The notes under the pieces: model-generated
The model's database searches: none
Told to the model about the DNA's origin: nothing
The model's input: only the letters and a program-made list of their open reading frames with translations
Translations under genes and position numbers: made by a program
Part shown: piece after piece, positions 50,896-56,400 of the stretch
How positions within the stretch are numbered: position 1 is the first letter of the stretch
Layout: each line of letters opens with the position of its first letter
NCBI GenBank assembly: GCA_017434185.1
Contig: JAFRFV010000138.1
Location: 1-56,400, forward strand
Origin: Coriobacteriales bacterium
Lineage (GTDB): Bacteria > Actinomycetota > Coriobacteriia > Coriobacteriales > RUG844
Direction of reading: 5' to 3'
Length of the DNA: 56,400 bases

Positions 50896-51204
50896 CTAGA
50901 GAGCGAAGGCCTCCAGCTGGTGGATGTCCTTGTAGCCGGCTTCCTGCTTCACGGCGACGCCGTTCTTGAAGATCATGAGGGTGGGGATGGCCTCGATGGC
51001 GAAGCGCTGCGCGAGAGCGGGCTCCTCGTCGGTGTTGACCTTGCAGACCTTGATCTCCGGGTGCGCGATGGCGAACTCGACGAGCACGGGAGCCTGCTTA
51101 CGGCAGGGCGGGCACCAGGTGGCCCAGAAGTCCACGAGGACGGTATCTTCGGCCTTGAGGACCTCGTCCTCGAAATTCTTGGTGGTGACGGTGGTTTCCA
51201 GCAT
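50896..51204 (-). CDS. trxA: Thioredoxin
   Basis: VLVDFWATWCPPC, IPTLMIFKNG; GGAGG RBS. Confidence 0.93.
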   Translation of the reverse strand: MLETTVTTKNFEDEVLKAEDTVLVDFWATWCPPCRKQAPVLVEFAIAHPEIKVCKVNTDEEPALAQRFAIEAIPTLMIFKNGVAVKQEAGYKDIHQLEAFAL

Positions 51205-51226
51205 GGTTTCCTCCAATCGATCGTAC

Positions 51227-51424
51227 TTACAGGGACTTGTAGTAGAGCATGCAGTGGCAGAAGCCCTCGAACTCCGGATCCTTGATCTGGTCGCGGAATT
51301 CCTTGCACATGCACTTGGTCTCGGGGGTGCGGGCAACACGGCAGGGACAATAACCGCCGGTGCGGGCGAGGCCGTCCTTGATCTCGCGGACGACTTCCTC
51401 ATCGGGATTGAGTGTGACTTTCAT
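51227..51424 (-). CDS. Ferredoxin:thioredoxin reductase catalytic-subunit-like protein (65 aa)
   Basis: YCPC, CMC and CHC motifs; AAAGGAG RBS; adjacent to thioredoxin. Confidence 0.85.
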   Translation of the reverse strand: MKVTLNPDEEVVREIKDGLARTGGYCPCRVARTPETKCMCKEFRDQIKDPEFEGFCHCMLYYKSL

Positions 51425-51547
51425 GGATACTCCTTTCCTGCATCACTGCAGATAGCATATCAGATGTGTCAACGCTATACTTCTTTCATGATGGCAACGG
51501 ACGTACGAAGGCGTCGTTGACCGAGCACACGAGAGAAGGAGCGCGGA

Positions 51548-52294
51548 ATGAGCCTATGGGGAGACCTTGAGAAACTGAAGTCCTGCACCTGGGTGGATCT
51601 GACCCACCCGCTGAACAACGAGAGTCCCTATTGGGGCGGCATGCCGGAGGGTGTCGTTGATCTGTGCCACACGGTCTTCGACTACGACTCCCCCATCCTC
51701 AAGTGCCGCATCCACACATACAAGTTCCCGGGTCAGTTCGGCACCCACGTGGACTTCCCGCTGCACTTCGAGCCGGGTCTGGCCGCCAGCGAAGCCTACG
51801 ACGACCCCTGCGTGCTGCCGCTCGTGGTGATCGACATCACGCCGCAGATGAAGGCCAACATCGAGCACGCCATCACCGTGGATGACATCCTGGCCTTCGA
51901 GGCCGCCAATGGCAAGATCCCCGCGGGTTCGTTCGTGGCACTGCGCACCGACTGGCACAAGCGTTGGCCGGACAACAACGCCCTCAACAACTTCGACGCC
52001 GACGGTGGCGAGCACTGCCCGGGCTGGTCGCTCGAAGCCCTCAAGTTCCTCTATGAGGAGCGCGGCATCGCCATGAACGGCCATGAGACCTTCGACACCG
52101 ATGCCTCCAGCGTCGCCGCCGCACTCGAGGACCTGGGCTGCGAGCGTTACGTGCTCGCCAACGGCCACCTGCAGCTGGAGGCCATGGCCAATCTGGACAA
52201 GCTTCCCGCGACGGGCGCCATCATCTTCGTCGCCTGGCCGCACATCGAAGGCGCGACCGGTCTGCCGGTGCGCGCATGGGCGGTCTTCGACTAG
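51548..52294 (+). CDS. Cyclase/kynurenine formamidase family metal hydrolase
   Basis: VDLTHPL, GTHVDFPLHF, LRTDW, PGWS, GLPVRA. Confidence 0.88.
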   Translation: MSLWGDLEKLKSCTWVDLTHPLNNESPYWGGMPEGVVDLCHTVFDYDSPILKCRIHTYKFPGQFGTHVDFPLHFEPGLAASEAYDDPCVLPLVVIDITPQMKANIEHAITVDDILAFEAANGKIPAGSFVALRTDWHKRWPDNNALNNFDADGGEHCPGWSLEALKFLYEERGIAMNGHETFDTDASSVAAALEDLGCERYVLANGHLQLEAMANLDKLPATGAIIFVAWPHIEGATGLPVRAWAVFD

Positions 52295-52836
52295 AGAGTC
52301 ATCTCGAGCTTGCCGCCAGCACCATCAGCACTGCTGAAGGGCACGAAATCGATCCGCTCCAGAAGCTGATCGCTGCAGAAACCGGCACCCGCCATGTCCC
52401 GCAAGGCTTGGCGGGTGCTGTCATAGAATCCGTTCACGTTGATGAAGACGATGGGGTACTCCGTGGGCGAGAGCTTGGCCAGGGAGATCACATCGCTCAT
52501 CTCATCCCAGGTGCCAGGACCGCCCGGAAGCGCCACGAATGCGTCTCCCAGCCGGTACATGCACTGCTTGCGCGCGGCGAGATCGGGCGTTTCGATGCAT
52601 TCGTCCAGGTCCTGGTATTTGCGGGCTTGGATAAGCGCGTTGTTGGTGAGGACACCGGTCAGCTTGGCACCGGCAGCACGCGCCGCATCGGCCACCGCGC
52701 CCATGAGTCCCGTGCGGCAACCACCCCAGACCAGATCATGGCCGTTCCGGCCTATCCACGTACCCAGCCGCTGGGCCGCCAGGATGAAGTCGGGATCGTT
52801 CCCGGTACTGGAACCACAGAAGACCACGATGTTCAT
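52291..52836 (-). CDS. LOG-family (TIGR00730) nucleotide phosphoribohydrolase
   Basis: VFCGSS, WGG..GLMGAVA, RK, LPGGPGTWDE, NGFYD. Confidence 0.88.
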   Translation of the reverse strand: MNIVVFCGSSTGNDPDFILAAQRLGTWIGRNGHDLVWGGCRTGLMGAVADAARAAGAKLTGVLTNNALIQARKYQDLDECIETPDLAARKQCMYRLGDAFVALPGGPGTWDEMSDVISLAKLSPTEYPIVFINVNGFYDSTRQALRDMAGAGFCSDQLLERIDFVPFSSADGAGGKLEMTL

Positions 52837-52964
52837 GCTCGTCCTCCCCTTGCGCGTGATAAGGGCCGCGCCACGCGCTTTTGCGCGCCTGACAACATGC
52901 GATTATAATCTGTTCCGCCAATCCCGCACATCAAGATGGCCGGCAGCGACGCCAAAGGAGACCC

Positions 52965-53600
52965 ATGACCAAGAGCAGACACATACTATCCGGAGCGTGC
53001 AACCTGGCCGTCGTGATCCTGGTCATCATGAGCATCGCCTGGTTCTACATGCCCGGGCGCGAGGCCGACCCCTTCCTGGACGGCATCGGCCTGTTCTGCT
53101 TCTTCACCACCGACTCCAACGTGCTTGCCGCCCTCGCTTGCCTGGCGTTGCTGCCCACCAATTTCAAGGGTCAGAAACCGGGGATGGGCGACACTCCCCT
53201 GCCCCATGCCGCGTTCGTGTTCAAGTTCGTGGGGACGGCTGCCGTGACGGTCACCTTCATGACCGTGATGCTGTTCCTGGGGCCCGTCTACGGCTATACC
53301 GCCATGTTCAAGGGCGCCAACCTGTACCTGCACCTGGTCTGCCCGCTGCTGTGCATCGTCGGGTTCTGCTGTGCCGAAGCCGGTACCCTCAGCTTCAAGG
53401 AGATGCTCTTGGGCATGTTGCCGGTGCTGGTCTACGGCATCGTGTACTTCACGATGGTGGTGGCACTGGGTGCGTGGAAGGACTTCTACACCTTCAACAC
53501 GGGCGGGTTGTGGTACGTGAGCCTGGTCGCCATGGGAGCGGCCACGTTCGTCTTCTGCCTGGCATTGCGCTTCCTGCACCGCAAGGGCGCCGGCGAATGA
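52965..53600 (+). CDS. Integral membrane protein (Pr6Pr-like)
   Basis: FFTTDSN, LHLVCP, about 6 TM helices; AAAGGAG RBS, TATAAT at 52904. Confidence 0.78.
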   Translation: MTKSRHILSGACNLAVVILVIMSIAWFYMPGREADPFLDGIGLFCFFTTDSNVLAALACLALLPTNFKGQKPGMGDTPLPHAAFVFKFVGTAAVTVTFMTVMLFLGPVYGYTAMFKGANLYLHLVCPLLCIVGFCCAEAGTLSFKEMLLGMLPVLVYGIVYFTMVVALGAWKDFYTFNTGGLWYVSLVAMGAATFVFCLALRFLHRKGAGE

Positions 53601-53626
53601 CCGTATGATCGTGCTGATAACGCCCG

Positions 53627-54052
53627 CTAGACCAAGCGACCCTTGGTATGGTCGATGGCGTGCTGGATGCACTCCGCGACCCACTCGGTGAAGCGCTTCT
53701 CCTTGCGCACGAGCTTGCCGTCCTCAAGCTCCTCGAAGCTCACCTTGATCACGTTGAAGCGTGTGACCGTGCTCTCCTTGCTGATGCTCAGGCAGTTCTC
53801 CGTGGCCTTGAAGGGCTGGGTGGCCTGCTTGATGCGCGGGTTGAACATGACGTGGCGCTGCTCGTCCTCGTCCTCGTAGGCGATGATGGCTTTGTCGGAG
53901 CCGATCTGATTGGCAGCCAGGCAGACGCAACCGTCCTCTATGGAAGCCATGGTGTCGAGCAGGTCCTGCCCGATCTGCTCATCCTCCGCGGTGGCGGGAA
54001 CAGCCGGCTTGGCGAGGGCTTCGAGGTCGGTAACGATTTCCTTGATCATCAT
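53627..54052 (-). CDS. Peptide deformylase-like protein with HEXXH changed to HAIDH
   Basis: CVCLAANQIG, ENCLS, QHAIDH; AAGGAG RBS. Confidence 0.82.
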   Translation of the reverse strand: MMIKEIVTDLEALAKPAVPATAEDEQIGQDLLDTMASIEDGCVCLAANQIGSDKAIIAYEDEDEQRHVMFNPRIKQATQPFKATENCLSISKESTVTRFNVIKVSFEELEDGKLVRKEKRFTEWVAECIQHAIDHTKGRLV

Positions 54053-54223
54053 GACTCCTTGTTGCGGACGGAAAGGCGCGGGGGCATACGGGTGCACGAG
54101 CGTTGGGGCGCGTGCATTGGGATGCGAGCGTGCGTTGGGGCGAGGGCGCCGGAAAGCGCACTTGCACATGATACGCCTTCGCGCTTCTTCGCGCAGCCTT
54201 CCTTCTTGCTCAGCGCCTTTCTT

Positions 54224-54519
54224 TGGAAGATTCTCGACCACAGGAGAATGGATTGTCGCGACTTTGCCAAAAAGTGGACCATAAGAGAACGGATTGTAGC
54301 GGCTCTGCCAAAAAGTTGACCATAAGAGAATGAAATCTTGCCCGCAAGCGCTCCGGATCCCTGTATTTTTACTATTCTGGTAAAGTGTTTACAGCAACAC
54401 GGGCATTTGGCCCACCTTCGGGCGCGAAAACGTCCGAGAATTCGATCGATTCATTCTCTTATGGTCCACTTTTTGGCAGCACTGCGTCATCCTGTTCTCT
54501 TATGATGGGTTTTCTGCCA
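54224..54519. repeat. Repeat array family B: three direct plus two inverted 25-bp units, 41-bp period
   Basis: TGCCAAAAAGTGGACCATAAGAGAA at 54265 and 54306 (degenerate at 54224); inverted at 54454 (perfect) and 54495 (degenerate). Confidence 0.88.
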
Positions 54520-54577
54520 CGAAACAGCAGAATTGTTATCATCACACAACACGAAGACCGCACGAGCAAGGAGGCTC

Positions 54578-55567
54578 ATGGACATCATCCTGGCAGGAGA
54601 AACAGCCTTGCAGTATTGGCGGCAGAATCGCAGCGATCGCCCGCTCCCCAATGCGAGCATGATCAAAGGCGGCCATGGGCCCTCCCTTGCCAAAGTGGAG
54701 GCGGAGCTGCTGGCTGACGCCTATCAGCTGTCACTTCCGCTTTGCATCTATGCCCACGAAGAGAGTCAAACACGCAGGGATGCATTCTCCACCACGGTCC
54801 GCTGTTCTGCTGGCAATGCGCCGGCAATCATCAGGCTTCATGAGGGCCTTGCGGTGAGCACGCCCGAATTCGCCCTGCTCCAAGTCGCGCACCGCAGTTC
54901 ACCTGTGAGGCTCCTGTACGATTGCTACGAGCTGTGCGGTGACTTCAAGCGCAACGAGTTCTCCGGCAGCGGGTTCATCACCGTTGCCCCGCTCATGACC
55001 CCCGAGAGCCTTGAAGCCTTTTTGCGCAGCATTCCCACCATCCCGTCAGTGAATGACCGACCCCAGTGTGTCCGCGGAGCGAACAATCTCAGCCGATTGC
55101 TCCCCTTCCTCGCTGCGAATGCCCACTCCCCCATGGAGATCGAAACCGCCATGCGCTTCGTGCTCCCCTACAAGCTGGGCGGATACAAGTTGCCTCTGAT
55201 GCAGCTCAATCCTGAACTCAAGTTGACTTCGGCTCAGCAGAGGATCCTCGGTCGACCAACCCTCAAGCCGGATCTCTACTGGCCGCAGCAACGCGTGATA
55301 GCGGAATATGAATCCGCTCTCCACATGAATCCCGAGCAGCATGCATATGACGCTCTTCGCAACAACGCCTTCACCGAACTCGGCCTCCAGAAGATCCTCA
55401 TCACTTCGGACCATCTGAGCAGCGTGCGCAAGATGGATGAACTCGCAGAGCAACTCGCCAGACTCCTGGGCAAACGCATGCGCCCCAGCATCAGTGACCA
55501 TCTTGTTCGCAAAGACCGGCTGGCCCGAGAGCTCTACCAGATTCGTCAAGAGCGCAGCTCACTCTAA
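54578..55567 (+). CDS. DUF559/Vsr-like PD-(D/E)XK nuclease-domain protein (paralog of 11491-12633)
   Basis: STPEFALLQ, ELCG, AHSPME...LGGY, PDLYWP...AEYES..H...DALRNNAF...G; AAGGAGG RBS. Confidence 0.72.
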   Translation: MDIILAGETALQYWRQNRSDRPLPNASMIKGGHGPSLAKVEAELLADAYQLSLPLCIYAHEESQTRRDAFSTTVRCSAGNAPAIIRLHEGLAVSTPEFALLQVAHRSSPVRLLYDCYELCGDFKRNEFSGSGFITVAPLMTPESLEAFLRSIPTIPSVNDRPQCVRGANNLSRLLPFLAANAHSPMEIETAMRFVLPYKLGGYKLPLMQLNPELKLTSAQQRILGRPTLKPDLYWPQQRVIAEYESALHMNPEQHAYDALRNNAFTELGLQKILITSDHLSSVRKMDELAEQLARLLGKRMRPSISDHLVRKDRLARELYQIRQERSSL

Positions 55568-55577
55568 AAGGAGCCCC

Positions 55578-56400
55578 ATGGCAGTGAGCCCCAACATAGA
55601 TCGCGAGCTTGAAGCGTTGGCAGCGGCCGGCGCGGTCATCCTGCGGTCCCAGGAGCAGCGCGGGCGCTGGCGTGAGCAGCATGGCAGCCACTTCGCGCGC
55701 GTGCATCTGGACTACGGCTGCGGGATGGGCGACTACTGCGTTGGCGCTGCCGCCCAGAACCCCTCGACCCTGTACATCGGCTTGGACGTGGAGCTCTTCT
55801 GCGTCGCCAAAGCCGCACGCAAGGCGCTCGATGCCGGCGTTCCCAACACCCTGTTCGCTGCCGTCCCCCGGGATTCCGGTGCCGCGGAACTCTCGCGGTT
55901 CTTCGCCCCCGCGGAGCTCGACTCCATCTCGATCAACGTCCCTACGCCCCACGCGCGTGCTGCTCAGGCGTCGCAGCGCATGACACACGCGAGCGCGCTC
56001 ATGGCATACCGCGAACTGCTGACACCGGGCGGCAACCTGGACTTCAAGACCGACAGCCAGCCGCTTTGGGACTACAGCCTCATCCAGTTCGAGCTCGCTG
56101 GTTATGCGATCACCTGGCGCAGCGATTCAGAGGATAAGCGCCGCGCTCCCAGCCCCATCACCGGCTATGAGAGACGGCTCGCCGCTCAGGGCGCCCGTAT
56201 CCTCGAGCTTGAAGCTCGACCCCTGGCGCCCGCCTCGGACCCCGCGAGCATCCAGCAGACGGCTCCCCAGAGCCTCTACGACTACCTGCCCCAGGACCTC
56301 GAATCGCTCACATACATCCCCGCAGATATGCGCCGCAGCGTCCGGAACATGATCGAGGCACGCGCCCGCGTGGCGCAGTCCCGCGCCGCCCGCGCCGCCC
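55578..56400 (+). CDS. trmB: tRNA (guanine-N7)-methyltransferase, truncated by window end
   Basis: AAGGAG RBS; HLDYGCGMGDY, YIGLD, INVPTPH, LDFKTD motifs. Confidence 0.8.
   Translation, partial: MAVSPNIDRELEALAAAGAVILRSQEQRGRWREQHGSHFARVHLDYGCGMGDYCVGAAAQNPSTLYIGLDVELFCVAKAARKALDAGVPNTLFAAVPRDSGAAELSRFFAPAELDSISINVPTPHARAAQASQRMTHASALMAYRELLTPGGNLDFKTDSQPLWDYSLIQFELAGYAITWRSDSEDKRRAPSPITGYERRLAAQGARILELEARPLAPASDPASIQQTAPQSLYDYLPQDLESLTYIPADMRRSVRNMIEARARVAQSRAARAA

Overview
GC-rich (roughly 65% by eye) bacterial chromosomal window. Gene content and style suggest an anaerobic Actinomycetota of the class Coriobacteriia (inference). It is mostly housekeeping: purM-purN-purH-purC, folE plus a folP-folK fusion, divergent metA/metY, an FMN-riboswitch-controlled ECF riboflavin transporter, NitT/TauT and YtrA-type ABC systems, ettA, a SWIM-SNF2 helicase, an FTR-Trx-MetF(V) operon, trmB, and two ~1000-aa secreted L,D-transpeptidases built from Trp-rich repeats. 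I saw no tRNA, rRNA, CRISPR-cas or transposase. Two signals are not explained by the gene list. (1) The non-palindromic motif GGGGATAAGCGC is strongly over-represented (by manual count, 11 perfect 12-mers and about 29 GATAAGCGC 9-mers). It occurs on both strands, inside genes and as inverted pairs, which resembles a DNA uptake sequence. (2) Two paralogous PD-(D/E)XK/DUF559-like nuclease genes each adjoin their own fixed-period, inverted repeat array, and a gene-less copy of one array lies about 22 kb away, suggesting a REP/RAYT-like nuclease-repeat system.
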